A DNA stretch of 64,000 nt from the human T2T-CHM13v2.0 reference genome, Homo sapiens. Below are positions 42,907-57,090 of this stretch, piece after piece. Made by a program: the position numbers and the translations under genes. The notes beneath the pieces were generated by a model, which worked only from the letters and a program-made list of their open reading frames with translations, did not search any database and was not told where the DNA came from. The stretch lies in the NCBI RefSeq assembly GCF_009914755.1, contig NC_060947.1; one strand, written 5' to 3'. Position 1 is the first letter of the stretch. The number at the start of each line of letters is the position of its first letter.

Positions 42907-43332
42907 CTATGCCTAATAACATTCTTCCACGTCTTCAAAATGCCATTGGAAATATCTCCACAACCGCTAAACCCATCTGAGAGCTCCAGATAGAGTTGGC
43001 TGCCCTGTCTTCCCCCAACAACTTGGACTTATCCCTCCTTTATTCATCCTTGCCCCAGTCCAGCATCATTGCTCCCTGTAGGTCCCCAAGGTAATGTCAA
43101 TTCCTCAAGGCGGCCATTCAGACATGTGGATCAGCAGCTAGCACACTTGGCTCACTGAGTGATGAGGGGATGGTGTGAGTTCTCCTAAGATGGTAAAAAT
43201 GGAGACAGGAGGGCATTCATTGTGTCAAAAGCAGCAGCTGAGTTTCGAACATGGTAAGTTTGAAACATCTCTAAGGTGGTTCTGTTTGTATGGAGTCTGG
43301 GGGAGCAACTGAGATTGACGCATAGAAACAGA

Positions 43333-43538
43333 CCATCACCACAATCATTATTATCGCCATAAATTATCATCACAATAATTGTTATCTTCATTGCTATCAT
43401 CATCATAACCATCACCATCACCATCATCACCATCGTCATCACGATAACCACCATCATCATTATCACCATCATCACTATCACCATCACCATCCTCATCATC
43501 ACCATCATAACCATCATCATCACCATCATCATCATCAT
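43333..43538 (+). repeat. Degenerate (CAT/CAC)n trinucleotide repeat
   Basis: Directly visible; produces the spurious poly-Met/Val ORF. Confidence 0.93.
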
Positions 43539-43924
43539 CTAGTAGTAGTAGTGTATAATTGTGTATATTTATTCATATTTTGATTGATTGTGTTCTTTGG
43601 CCACTGGGCTGACAGTGTTTTGTTTACATTGATTTGATTTTAAAGATCTACGGCTAATAATTCCTTGTTGCACACACACCTCCTAATTTAACTGAACACA
43701 GATATACTTTGCAACTATTTCATCTTGAAGGTCACTTCAGAAAATTATCTTGCATAAGCCATATGGACCATGGTTTTAAAATCAGGCTTTTATCATTTTT
43801 TCCTAATTGGTTTTTAATGACAGAAAGGAGTATCTGTTTATATGTGGATTAAAAATATTTCACGTCCAATTTTCTGTTTCATGAATATGTACATATATAA
43901 AATTTTTGCCATCAATATCACCTC

Positions 43925-44045
43925 TAAGGTCACTAAAAGGCAAATTGTTGGAATCTATACCCAGATTTTGAGTCACTGGAAGCCTGGATGGAGCCCAGGA
44001 ATCTGCATTTGGAAAAAATTCATAGCAAGTTTGAAAACAATTGCT
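43925..44045. mobile_element. MER5-like hAT DNA transposon fragment
   Basis: cccagattttgagtc...ggagcccaggaatctgcattt...aagtttgaaaacaattg. Confidence 0.55.
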
Positions 44046-44135
44046 GTCTGACATGGAACTTCTGTACTCTTCCATTCATGTCTATATGGTAACTAGAAAA
44101 TCCACATGCGACTTCATGAAGTTGGTCCTTTACAT

Positions 44136-44354
44136 CAGGGGTCAGAAAACTTTTTAAAATAAAGGGTAAGATAGTACATATTGTAGACTTTGCAGGCCAT
44201 ATGGTCTCTTTTGCAACTACTCAACTTCGTCTTTGTAGTGTGAAAGCAGACATAGACAATACATAAATAAAAGGGCTTATTTGTGTTCCATTAAACCCTT
44301 CACAAAAACAGCAGTGTGATAGATTTAGTCTACAGGTTATGCTGTCCACCCTTG
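44136..44354 (+). mobile_element. MER58A (hAT-Charlie)
   Basis: caggggtcagaaaacttttt...aaagggtaagatagtacatatt...ggccatatggtctcttttgcaactactcaac...gcagacatagacaatacataaat. Confidence 0.85.
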
Positions 44355-44619
44355 CTTCCCATCTCTAAAAGGAGGTCAGACCCCCTTTTAGCTAAATACT
44401 TGTCCTGGTTGAGCTTCTCAGCTTTCATAAGAGCACATCTGTCAATATTCTCTCTAGCTCGACTGATGACTGAAGGATGCTGCCCTGTAATTAACTGACC
44501 ATACAGTGACTACACTTCATACGGTTGGCTGAGTGCAGGACTTCAAATTCACTGTCATTTGGTTTCTTTAACAAAACTTAGCTAAGAGAATCGATATTAA
44601 TGTCAGGCTGTGGACTTCA

Positions 44620-44932
44620 GCCTTGAACGTGCTCCTCTGTCTGTCTGAAATGACTCTCCTCCCAGCAATTTGGTCAGTTACTGATTCTTCAAATTTCTCC
44701 TTAGTGCATTTTCACCCTCTCAGTCTGGGACACATGCTTCTCCCAGATGTTCTCACATCTCCCCAACTTGTTGCATCATTGCATGGATTACACTAAATGA
44801 TGATTCCAGTTAGTTGTGCATTTTCCCCTGTATGTTCTGCAAGGAAAGTGATGGAACAACATTTAGCAAAGTGGCCTGACAATTAGAATAAGTTCAATAA
44901 ATATTCACTGAGTGAATAAATAAATGAATAAA
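44620..44932 (+). mobile_element. L2 3' fragment
   Basis: Ends gtggcctgacaattagaataagttcaataaatattcactgagtgaataaataaatgaa. Confidence 0.55.
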
Positions 44933-46369
44933 CTACATGTTTGCTAATGCCTGGGGCCCATATGGAAGCAAATGTTAGCAAACAATCCAATGACACTTAA
45001 TGTCGTAAGGATATTTAGTGGTGCCTACGTGGACTTACAGAGCTGCACAAGAATTGAAGACCAGGTTATATCACCAGCCTGAGAACTCACTCACAGCATA
45101 GTCTCACAAAGAAGTCTACTGAGCAGAAAGAGCAGGCTGACTGAGAAGGACCTCCTTTGCTTTTTGAAGAATTCCTTGTGAGAGAACTGGAAGCTCTTTT
45201 GTCAGCCATTTGCCTAATGTTCTACAACGAAACTCTTCCCAAACTTTCACCCTGCTAAACGCTTAGGCTGAAGTTTGGCCAAATTCATGTTCACCAGATC
45301 AGCTCCCCAAATTGGCTTATCCTTCAGTAAACCTAACCTTTCAGTTAGAACTCTTAAAAGAGATGGCAAGCACAGCATGTTGCGCCCACTCCTAAACAGC
45401 CTCATTCATTTGAGGTCACGTTTCCCATCTGGCATTAAATCTCAGACTATCTCTGATTTGCCACCAGCTGACAGCTTCCAGACCCAGGAGTGTCCCAGGA
45501 GGGTGACTCCCAACATAGAACTGCCTGGATAACATCCTAATAGAAATATCCTCATCTGTTCCTGTCACTTTATCTCTCTATGTCACTAAGAGCTACAGCT
45601 GTTTACAAACCAACAACAACAGCAACTGATATACAAGTTTTCTCATTTCTGAATGTCCAAGTTCCTCTTTTTAGCTGAAAAAAGGAAATATCCTAGGTAA
45701 GGTTTTGCCCCAAGTTCATCTCCTCTTCCATGAAGCAGCCATGCCATTCTTTCTTGTTTGGTACTATTTGTAATATAAGCAACAATGGACATCAATGAGT
45801 TTTGCTTACCTAGCATTCAATTTTCCTCTGGGGAGCAATCTTACTTCCATCTACCCTAAGCCTACTGGACTTACCCAATCTCTTCTCATTTCTGAAGAGT
45901 ATACATAACCCAAGCAGTCCATATCAATTCAAGTATCTCTTTCCACTGGATATAGACATTGGTTGGCATGCAACTAAAATTAGGCCAGTACGCATAGTTG
46001 CTAGGCCAATGTGCTTCTCTGAGAAAAGGATGACATACTAGGAAATGCTGTTGACTGCCTACCACCACACACGGACAAGCCTCTCTAAGAAAGCCAAAGA
46101 AGAAACATGGCGCCAAAGTGCCAGATTCCTAACAGCAATGATTAGACCTGAGGACACCATTTTCGAAACTAAATGCACCGCTAGTAAATGGAACCCGAAA
46201 ATCTCTTCTTTTCCCTTAAGTGAATTCAACCTGAATTTCTTTCACTTGCTAACTAATTGTTCCTAAGTAATTAAGGATTGCAAAGTCTCAAAATATATAT
46301 CCCTCCAATGGAGACATAATATCTATGTAGAAGTTGGGTTACAATCTGGCCAAATTTGAAATCCATGTC

Positions 46370-46520
46370 TTTTTTTAGAAACAAGGTCTTGCTCTGTCTC
46401 CCAGGCTCATAGCTGCCATGAGCTATGATTGCAATGGTGCTATCATAGCTCACTGCAGCCTCGACCTCCTGACCTCAAGCAATCCTCCCACCTCAGCCTC
46501 TCAAGGAGCTGGGATTACTG
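46370..46520 (-). mobile_element. AluJ right-arm fragment
   Basis: ggtcttgctctgtctccaggct...atagctcactgcagcctcgacctcctgacctcaagcaatcctcccacctcagcc. Confidence 0.82.
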
Positions 46521-46554
46521 TGCTCAGCTGAAATCCATGTTTTGCATATTATGC

Positions 46555-47090
46555 CACATTAGTTATTGACTGCTATGTAACAAATAACCAAAACTTAACA
46601 GTTTCAAGTAATGTATTTATTTTATGAGTTTCTGCATATCAGGAATCCAGGCACAACCTTAGCAGGGTCCACTGCTTTGAAGTCTCTCACTGATGAAGGT
46701 GTTGGCCTGAGCTGGGGTCTCATTTTAAAGCTGAATAACTGAGGAAGGTTCGCTTCCAAACTTATGTGGTTGTTGGCAGGATTCAATGCCCTGTGGACTG
46801 CTGGACTGAAAGCCTCTGTTCCTTGCTGGCTGTTGTTTCAGAGGCAGCTCTGAGCTTCTTGCCATATGCACCTGTTTAATATGGCTGCTCTTTCATCAAA
46901 GCATGGAAACCAAGAATGCAACAAAAAGGGTATACTAGTAAGACACAATTTATATGCTTATGTAACATAATCATGGAAGTGGTGTTCCATTATCTCTACC
47001 ATATTCCATGAGACACAAACAAATCCAATGTCCTGCCTACACTCAAGGGGGAAGGATTTACACAAAGGCAGTGTCTTTCACTTGGAAAAT
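46555..47090 (-). mobile_element. MLT1 (E/F-type) MaLR LTR
   Basis: ttagttattgactgctatgtaacaaataaccaaaactta...gtggttgttggcaggattcaatgcc...cactcaagggg. Confidence 0.72.
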
Positions 47091-47304
47091 GCCAGCCCTG
47101 AGAGACTGGAATCCAAGACCTACTTCTCTGGTGAGCAGGGGAGATAGGACATAGCCTAAAGGCTAAAAATGTGTCAGGGGAGCTTTGCCCTGGACAGAGC
47201 AGTGGGTACTGAGAGAGGATTTTAGGAACCAAAAATGCAGACATCACCTCTTCTGGCTTCTGGCATTCTTAGGCAGCATATGTACGCAGAATATACCTAA
47301 TCCA

Positions 47305-47758
47305 GACTGCATTCATTTCTGGGGCTTTGTAACTAATTACCACAAACTTGGTGACTTGAAACAAGAACGCATTGTCTCACTGTTCTGGGGCAGAGTCCAA
47401 AATTAAGATGATTCCTTCTAGAGGCTCTTAAAGAAAATCCATTTCATGCTTCTGTCTTGGATTGAGTTGTTCTTGGTTCCTGGTGGTTTCCAACAGTGCT
47501 CCCTGGCTTAGGGATGAATCACTTCAACGTTTGCTTCCATCCTCACATGGTGTTCTCCCTGTTTCTGTCTTTGTTGTTGTGTCTCTTCTTACAAGAACAC
47601 CAATTATATTGGGTTTAGGATCTTCCCTAACACAGTATGAACTCATCTTACCTTGATTACATTTGCAGAAATCCTATTTTCAAATAAGGTGAAATTCCTA
47701 GGCACCAGGAGTTAAGACATAAACAATTTTTTTGAGAGACACAATTCAACCATAACAC
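47305..47758 (-). mobile_element. MLT1 (B/C-type) MaLR LTR
   Basis: gtaactaattaccacaaacttggtgacttgaaacaa...cttcttacaagaacacc...cacaattcaaccataaca. Confidence 0.8.
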
Positions 47759-50747
47759 AAGTCAACTCAAAACTCATGCCAAGAGAAAACTTTACTACCT
47801 ATGACGTGGCCTGTCAAAGTTTTTAAAACACAGATTCTAACCTATGCTCTGCAGTCTTAAAATAACAATATCAAATCTCAAAGAAATTGATTCCTCTAAA
47901 GCTAGGACCTCACAATACCTTCTCATAGCTACTCAAATTTAGATAATGATGATGGCGATGACTCTGATGATATTTTTGATGATGACAAGTAACTACAAAA
48001 CCTTAAGTTGAATGAAATGCAAGAGGAAGCTCATTTTATCCTAAGTCTTAGAATAAGCTTTCCCTAATGATGAGCTCCATTATTTTCCAACCTATGAACT
48101 TTAATTAATTTCTTGGAAATGATTCCTTCTGCATTCTATCAAATTATAGACCACTGCATTTAAAAACAGGCAACCAGCTGCTTTCTCAAAACTATAAACC
48201 AATTAGTTTATTGGCCATTCTATCACACATGTATGCTGCCTTCCCTCCTTGTAACACCTCAGGGGCTTGGCATTTCAGGGAAACGTGCAGTAAACAGACT
48301 CCTGGCTTGGCTGGTGATTGTTGTGCATTCAGCATCCGGTGGGAAAAACTGAGCTTCAGCAACAAATGGCTTTGCCTTGCTGTATATGCTGACATTTTGT
48401 CATAGGAAGTGGAGGTATTCTATTTTCTTTTTAATTTCTAAGGCATATTATAAAATATATTACTTTTAAAATATTACAAAAACTTGTGGCTTCCAGCTCA
48501 ATATATATAAGCCAAGGGTTTAATGCATTTGACAAAAAAAGATCTCACATAAACTCTGGGTATATTCATAACCTGTAATGTGATGCATGAGAATAGATGC
48601 TTGACACTGAAGAGGATGCTTGCAAAAGACTACCTAGAAGGAACATACCAACATGTTTTCTAAGACTTCCAAAGCTATGTATTAGGAGAGAAAGGAAACA
48701 TTCCAAATTTCTTCATCTCTGTTTGTAGAGAGTGCTCAGGTAAATATTGCCAACCCTTTCTCTGATAATGAAATTAAAAAGCTGTAAACGTCTTTATCGG
48801 TCAGGTTCAAAAAAAAAGCTGGGTGGCCAGGCACTACAGGTTTATTCATTTGTTCCATGTACTGAAGTATATGATTCATTCTTTTATCTCAAAAATGCTC
48901 TGGGTCTTCAAAGGGTTTACCATCTACTGGGGAGGGCAGACTCGTAAAATGGTGATTAAATTCAACTTCTAGGAACTCAGGGGAGGATACTTCATCTCTG
49001 CTTAGAGTGCCAAAAGGTTAATGAACGGGAAAATACTGTATGGTGAAAGAGTTTTGGTGAAATGACCTCAAAAGCTCCTTCTCCTTGGAAGATGTTATCA
49101 TTCTGTGATTAAAGTCTAAGTTGACTCTATCGTTTCCGTCCAGGTAAATTTCCAGTATGATATTCAATATACCAAAATCCCCTCTTATAAAGCAAAACAA
49201 AAAAAAAAGTATAAAATGCAAAGATCCCTGTAGAATGTGCGATGGTGAAATTTGTTCTCATTATTATCTGATTTTAGCTCAAAATGAAATAATTTGTTAA
49301 CATTTTAATATTCTTGGGAAAGCTGAAGTTTTCTCCCTAAGGCTTACTTCTCTATTTTTAAATGTAAACATTTTAGAAACATGCAAAATAGTATTATAAC
49401 TTGATTTCATACTAGTTATCTGGATTAGTACATTTCCAATATAAAATTATGAAAGTACTTTACTAGAATAGAAATTTGGAGGAGACTGAAAGCTTTTGTA
49501 TTAATGATTTAAACACCAGGTGATAAAAAGTATATTTGAATTTGGTAAGAATGGGACCTCATGTTCTTTGATTTAACTTTATTCTATAGTCTGCTAAAAA
49601 GAAAAGATAGGCATTAGAATTAGTTTGGATGGAATTCCATTTATGAACCCTCCAATGTCACAATGTAACAATTTAAAAAATACCCAAGTGAGTATTTTGC
49701 ATGTTAAATTACAACATCATTGCACCCTCCTCCAGTTTTGTCTTAGTTTTATCTCTCCCTTCTCCCCAGTTTTGCATCTTTTATGTCTCCGTGCAGCTAA
49801 AGAAGCAATAAACAAGAACTTCCATTTTAGGAAACATAGACAGCATTTCCTCACTGCACAAACATGTGTTTACGCTCTGCATATTCACTCAAGGCTGGGT
49901 GAAAACTTTTCTATCAAGGATCCTCCATAGAAAACATCCACTTTCAGATTTGCCTCCATTTTCTTTTCCCTGAAATCCTAAAGCAGTCCCTGAAGACACT
50001 GCTTTTGATGAAACGTTGGTTTAGTTGGGTCACATATCAATGGGGCTTTCCCACTCACTTTTCCAGCAGCGGGTTTAGATCTCTCCAGATATCCACTTAG
50101 ACTCACCCAAGGCCTTGTCTATGCTGATTGCAAATAATGATTTATTTACTAATAATTTTTAAATGAGTTATCTAAAATGCCTCTAAAGAAAATAAGGAAT
50201 GGAAAAGAGAAAAAAATACCCAAAGAGTCTAGATTGGAATTAGGAGATCAATAGTGTCATTGGCCCGACTGGAGGCTAAAGTCCATATGTGACAGGCAAA
50301 TGGGATGTTAGGTGAATATTAGATGTTCCCTTGTTGAGTGAATGACTGATTATGTCATAAAAGACAGAGAAGAGAGTAGAATGTAGCTAAAGACATCCAT
50401 TTTAAGGAAGAAGAAAAGGAGTGTTCAAGAACCTACAATTTTCATATCTTGTTGAAACCCACCACAAGAGCTCCTTTGCCTGAGATAAATCAGTACCTGC
50501 TGCATTCTTTCTTTCTGATGGCAACAGGCACTTTCCCTGAGGCAAACTTGAGGACCGTGCAGACACCATGCACAGTAGACCAAGAGGATGTCTGGCTTGA
50601 AGGAGACTTTGGGATGTTTGGGGTTTCAGAGAGGAAGAGGATATAGTTTAGGTGTTGTAAAACTTGGCACTTCCCAGAAAATTGTAACATGTTTGATCTT
50701 AACTGAATTGTGGATATTTCTCCTACCGGGTTTCCTTCAATAGCATT

Positions 50748-50755
50748 CACACACA

Positions 50756-50798
<43 letters not shown>
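50748..50798 (+). repeat. (CA)n microsatellite
   Basis: Directly visible. Confidence 0.95.
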
Positions 50799-50799
<1 letters not shown>

Positions 50800-50877
50800 A
50801 CAGACCACATACCAATGCCTACCTTCACCATCAAAAGTCATCGTCAGATACGTAAAGTCTAACAAGGAAATGTTTCT

Positions 50878-51168
50878 CTTTTATTTCTTTTTTAGATACA
50901 GGGTCTCACTGTGTCACCCAGGCTGGAGTGCACTGCTGTGATCTCAGCTCACCATAGCCTTGATCTCCCAAGCACAAGTGATCCTCCCGCCTCATCCCCT
51001 CAAGTAGCTGGGACTACAGGCCAGCACCACCATGCCCAGCTAATTTTTTTTTTTTCTGGTAAGGACAGGGTTTTGTCATGTTGCCCAGGCTGGTCTTAAC
51101 TCCTGGGCTCAAGCAATCCACCCACCTAGACCTCCCCAAGTGCTAGGATTACAAGAGCAAGCCACCAC
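50878..51168 (-). mobile_element. AluJ, slightly 5'-truncated
   Basis: Dimer ending gattacaagagcaagccaccac. Confidence 0.9.
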
Positions 51169-51840
51169 TTTCTAATTTGTGGAAATCTGGACCTGCTTCT
51201 CTGAACCTCAATATAGAATATTAGATTGAAATAATAAGGTGGAGACTACACTGTCTCATCTTTGCTTTATTTTACCAGTAGCAATTGCATGAAGAGATCA
51301 CTCCTTTGGAGTTTTTCCCTCTGGTTCCCTTGCCTTTAAGCTGACTGTGTGATTTAGGTAGCTCTGATTTATTTACTGAGAGTGGATGTTTTTGATCTCA
51401 CAAACTCTCTGTGGCTCTCAAATCTGGAGCTCACAACTTCTCGATTTCTGTTTGCAGTTTGGCTGTGACTGCACCAAGGAAAGGGGTGCTTAAACATAAA
51501 GACAAAATGTTAAACTAACTCATTATGAAAACAGCCTGGTTTTAGGAGAACCAGCCAACAGTCTAGTAAGATCGGATCTACTCTCAACAATGGCTTCCAG
51601 TACCCCACTCAGGCAAAGAATCTTGCAATGAAAGATAAAGTCATGGGATTAACATTCAATTAACCTGACATCAAAGTCTTAATATGCACTAATCTTATCT
51701 CTTTTATAATTATTTCTTATATAGTTGTTTACTCCCAAATCACAATAATTATAAAACAAATTCATAGGATGTATAATCATATTACTCTTATTTTTAATAG
51801 CTGAGGACACTAAATATTTAAAGGTTAAATGGCTTGGCTA

Positions 51841-52157
<317 letters not shown>

Positions 52158-53399
52158 TAATAGCTTGGCTAAAATAGTACGGAAAATAAATAACCATGTT
52201 CAAACCAGCAATATTAATTGACAACAAATAAGACTACAACATCTTAGGAAGCAAGACTCCACAAATAAATAATGAGCTAATTGTTTTAAATGGCCAAATA
52301 TTCCAGTGGACTAGTTGTACCTAAAGTTTCTATCTCTGACAATTTCTAAAAAAAAATTCTTATGATATGCACTATGTGAAAATTTGATTTTTAATATATT
52401 CTAGGTAATCTGTATTTGTTCAAATTATGACAAGAATCTAAATTGCAAATTGAATTGAATTAAAATTCATGTATTGGAAGATTATGTACATAAGGGAAAA
52501 TGTTCTTTGTTAGGAAAAGATATTTCTTAATTATTCAAACAGGCATAATTCATACTACTAAATAGTATTATTCCAAACATATGTAATTTCTAAACCCTCA
52601 ATAAGATTATTACTCAGTATTCAAATTGCTGAAAGCTTTTTGAGCTGGGGGAGAGACACATGCTATCGGAAATCCACTCCAGTTTAACTGTGCTTACAAA
52701 AAATACTAAATACTTTTCAATTAATCCGTGTCAGGGAGATCTTTATTTAATAATCTTTCATAATTATCTTTACTTATAAGCTGTGTCTACACAATGTCAA
52801 ACATCCAACTGACAGATGAAAACTGGAGTAATTTAATTATTTTCACCTAGTTGCATGTTGATGTTGATTGGTTAAAACATCTGTCTCACCGTGTTAACAC
52901 AGTTTTCGTTTTTCACCTATATTTTGTGACTGTATGCGTACAATTGGACTTTGTGTGTCTAGACAAGAAGAGAAAGAAAATTAATTTCTCTTTAATCTCA
53001 CACACAAAGAATGGTGTTACTGCCTTTTCACGGTTTAAGGAACTTTTCCAAAAAAGTTAATTCTAATCCTTTCCTAGTGATTAATTTCTCTAATTCACAT
53101 ATGCTCAAAATCCATTTGATAACACAGGCTCAAAAGGACTAAAGTTAGGAATAAAGCAGAATGATAATAGTGGGCTCTTTTTAAAAATGTTATTCCTCCC
53201 AAAATTCCCTTTTGTTAAAACCATACTAGAAACTGCCAGAAATGATGGGCTATTTATTGGTCTTACTTCTTAAGCTTACCCCTCTACTACTACAATAGTT
53301 ATGTCACAGACGTTCAACATTTATTATGCCTAGACTAATATACATACCAGACCCACTATGCACATGCAATTTTGCTGAAATTTTCGGGTTCCCTTTTCT

Positions 53400-53600
53400 G
53401 TTATTAATGATGCTGCACTAACATCAGATTACAGGGTGCTTGTACGTGCTGGCTACTAAGCACTTTATATGGATTAAAACCTTAAACCTCTCAGCCGCCT
53501 CTATTTTAGACATAAGGACACTGTGGCCCAAGCAAGCTGGGTCACTTGCCCATAATGACTGATCTGCTAAGGGGCTAAACTGGCATTTCAACTCCAGCAA
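53400..53600 (-). mobile_element. MIR
   Basis: ctaagcactttatatggatta...cctctattttagacataaggacactgtggccca...gtcacttgccca. Confidence 0.65.
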
Positions 53601-54004
53601 ACAAGTTTTGGTTGGAGGAGGAAACAAGGTGTAGCTTGAAAAGGTCAGAGAATCACTTTGCCCAGAAGAGACCACAGCTTAAGGTGTAGCCGGAAGGAGT
53701 GGGGAACACAGAGGATTTTGTCAGCAGTGTTTGTAAGTAGGAAAATAAGACATGTAAAGGTGCAGCCGCGATCTTGAGTGAAACTCTGTGGAGACAGATG
53801 AGGAAAGAACAATTTGGGTATTTTGTTATATGTCATTCAAAGCCATCTACTCTGGAAATCTGTTATAGCTTCCTGAAAAAATTCTAAATGACCCTTTGGT
53901 ACCTTTCTGTGTCAAAACAGTATTATCTTTTGAATATACCATTTAGGACAATTGGCCATGAGGCTATATTAACATGATGCAAAATGTCAAATTTGCAAAA
54001 TGTC

Positions 54005-54445
54005 ACTGGGCGTGGTGGCTCACACCTGTAATCCCAGAACTCTGGAGTTTGAGATGAAAGGATCACTTGAGGCTAGGGTTCCAGACCAGTCTGGGCAACA
54101 TAGGAAGGCTCCAACTCTTTAAAAATTTAAAAACTAGCCAGTCATGGTGGCTGAAAATTGTAATGTAAATCTAATCAGGGATAATTTTTCATCGTTTCTT
54201 TTTTAAAAAATCTGCCACCATTTTCTAATTTGCAGACACCTGGACATGCTTCTTCTCTGAACCTCAATATAGTAGTCTCAGCCTATAGTCCCAGACACTC
54301 AGGAGGCTGAAGTTGGGGGATCACTTGCGGCCAGGAGTTCGAGGCTGCAGTGAGCTATGACTGTGACACTGCACTGCAGCATGGGCCACAGTGCAAGACC
54401 CCATTCAGAGACAGGGTACCTATCTCTCAAATTTTTAAAAAATAC
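54005..54445 (+). mobile_element. AluJ interrupted by an approximately 125-bp non-Alu insertion (about 54153-54278)
   Basis: Alu breaks after tagccagtcatggtggct and resumes at gcctatagtcccagacactcaggaggctga. Confidence 0.85.
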
Positions 54446-54694
54446 ATTTTTAAAAATCTGAAAAATGTCTGCCCTAAAATAAGAATTGATATGATCTCCT
54501 TAGCATGCTTGAGCAAGGTAGAAAGCTCTAAGTGCCCAAGGGTGTTTTCAACTAGAAATTCTTGGAAGTAGAATCCCAGAATGGAGAGGGGTCCAGAAGG
54601 CCCGAAACCAAACAACTTCAGAGACTCTGAACTTTTGTTTTCAGAGTAATACTTCATTATGAATTTCAAATAATATTACAGGGTGATAAAACTC

Positions 54695-55277
54695 TTCCTT
54701 AGTTTTCTATTACCACTAAGACAAATCTCCACAAACTTAGTAAGCTTAGAACAGCACACATTTATTCTTTTACAGTTCTAAGGTCAGAGTTTCTTCCATG
54801 GGGCTAGAATCAAGGTATCAGGAGGGCTGTCGGGCTCCTTGCTGGAAGCTCTAAGGAAAAATCTGTTTCCCTGTCTCTTCCGGCTTCTAGAGACTGCCAC
54901 CTGCGTTCCTTTCTCCTGGCTCTCTCATATTCAAAGCCAGCAATGTCCAGGTATCTCTTTCTCACGTTGCTTTACACCAACTCTGATCTCCTTTTGAGTC
55001 TTCTGCATCCACAGTGGAGGGTCTCTGTTAATATATATGAGAATCCAGGATAGATTCTCCCTATTGGAAGGTCTGCTGATTAGCAAACCTAATTCAATCG
55101 GCAACCTTAATTCCCCTTTGCCATTTGAAGTCATTATTTAAGGCAGAGTATTGAAGAAGTCAGGTGCCATGCCTCCAACCTATTCCCAGGTTCCAGGAAT
55201 GGGCGAGTTGGCTGGGGGGTAGGGGTGGAGGGCGGTGCTTGCACATCTCTCAGGGACCATGACTTTTCTGCCTACAA
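54695..55277 (-). mobile_element. MLT1 (D-type) MaLR LTR
   Basis: ttagttttctatt...ccacaaacttagtaagcttagaacagcacacatttatt...ctggaagctctaaggaaaaatctgtttcc...ttctgcctacaa. Confidence 0.78.
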
Positions 55278-56139
55278 GTACCTATCTCTCAAAATTAGGA
55301 ATGCTTGTATCTCTCACAATCTCAGCCTCTAAGGCATGTCTGGCATATAATCGATGCTCAAAAATATTTTGGACAGTGAAGTGAAGTAGTGCCTGCTCAT
55401 TCCAGACACCTTATGGTGAGAACTGTCCTTCTCCCCCTGCCAACTGGTATACACAAGAACAGCCCAGTTTTATCTCTTCTTACTCCTGAGTCAAGTGGGC
55501 CAATCAAAACCCCGCCCTGGGATTTTTAGTATGGAATTATGGAACTTTGTCCCTCACTGGTGGTACTGAGAAAAACAAAATGCAACTAACAAAAACTGCA
55601 GAGAACCCTCTTACTGCCATTTAAAGCAAGCCTATTTCCAGAAAGAAGCAAAGAACGAGATATGAAGATTGGTGATGTCCTTGGATTCAATGCTTCCAGG
55701 TGTGTCTAAAGTCTAGCTGCATCCCTGCCATTCTGCCAATCTGATTTCTCAACTTTTACAGTAAGTTTGGATATCCCATAGCCCTTCTAATAAATTTCCA
55801 TTTTTTCCCTCAAAGTCAGATTGAGGCTAGGTTGCCTTCTACCATTTGAACACAAATATCTCTTGACTAATGCAGAATGCCAGAAAAGTTTGTAAGACCC
55901 TCAGAAAAGATGGGAGCTATTCAAGGATGAAAACCATGCTATAAATTATATCTTGAATTAGATCCAGTGGTATCTATAAAAGAAGCGAATACATTTTTTT
56001 TTTGTAAAATCGCTAGCAAAGCTGGTTGACTTTCCAGCTTCTTTCCCTGTTGTTCTCCTGCCACCCTTTCATCTTAGGTAGCTTGTCTACCCTAGAAAGT
56101 ATAGGGTCAGCAGCTGTGGATAACATAAAAAAGTTTATG

Positions 56140-56491
<352 letters not shown>

Positions 56492-57090
56492 TTACCACGC
56501 CACACTTAACACCCAAGTAGTAACAACAGCAACGATTGACACCAAACTGCTTAACATAGATTTCTGTGTTCAAATGTTCCATTCATCAGATGCTTTAATA
56601 GATGAATCCCTTCCATCACCCATATATTCTTCATGGCACAGCTCAACAACTTAACAGCTTCCATCAAGTTTTTCCTCAAAAAATAGCCTGTCCCTGAGCT
56701 GTCACAGAGCTTTCTTTGTTCCCTAACTAGGATGCTCTGGCTTATTATCTACCTCTAGGTTTATTAACTGTGCAAACTCCTACAGGTCATTGTCCATGTC
56801 GTGTCTGTTTATATTTCATCATAAAGCTCCATGTTTTCACCAAATAGGTCCTCAATCAACAATCATAGCAAGCTTACTTAAGTCATAGTATTCAAAGAGT
56901 CAGGTGTCATCTTGGGGGAAAAAGATGATAGGGACACCTTGCATCCAATAATCTGTTCTTTTTTAATATCTTCCTTTTTCAATTGTATTGCTAGCAAAAA
57001 AAAAAAACAACCCAAAATTTCACTTTTCTAGAAATCATAATGGCATTTGCTGTTATGCTACAATGAAAATACAATGATAATGAGTGGTGC

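Noticed and set aside
43185-43538. 117-aa Met/Val-rich ORF
   Set aside because: Translation of a degenerate (CAT/CAC)n repeat; no splice or coding evidence.
45150-45205. Possible neuroligin splice-insert A-like mini-exon (KRASSSLTRNSSKSKG on the minus strand)
   Set aside because: Only superficial resemblance to the A1 insert, a very poor donor (GTCCTT) and no acceptor. No A2-type insert was recognised in the window.
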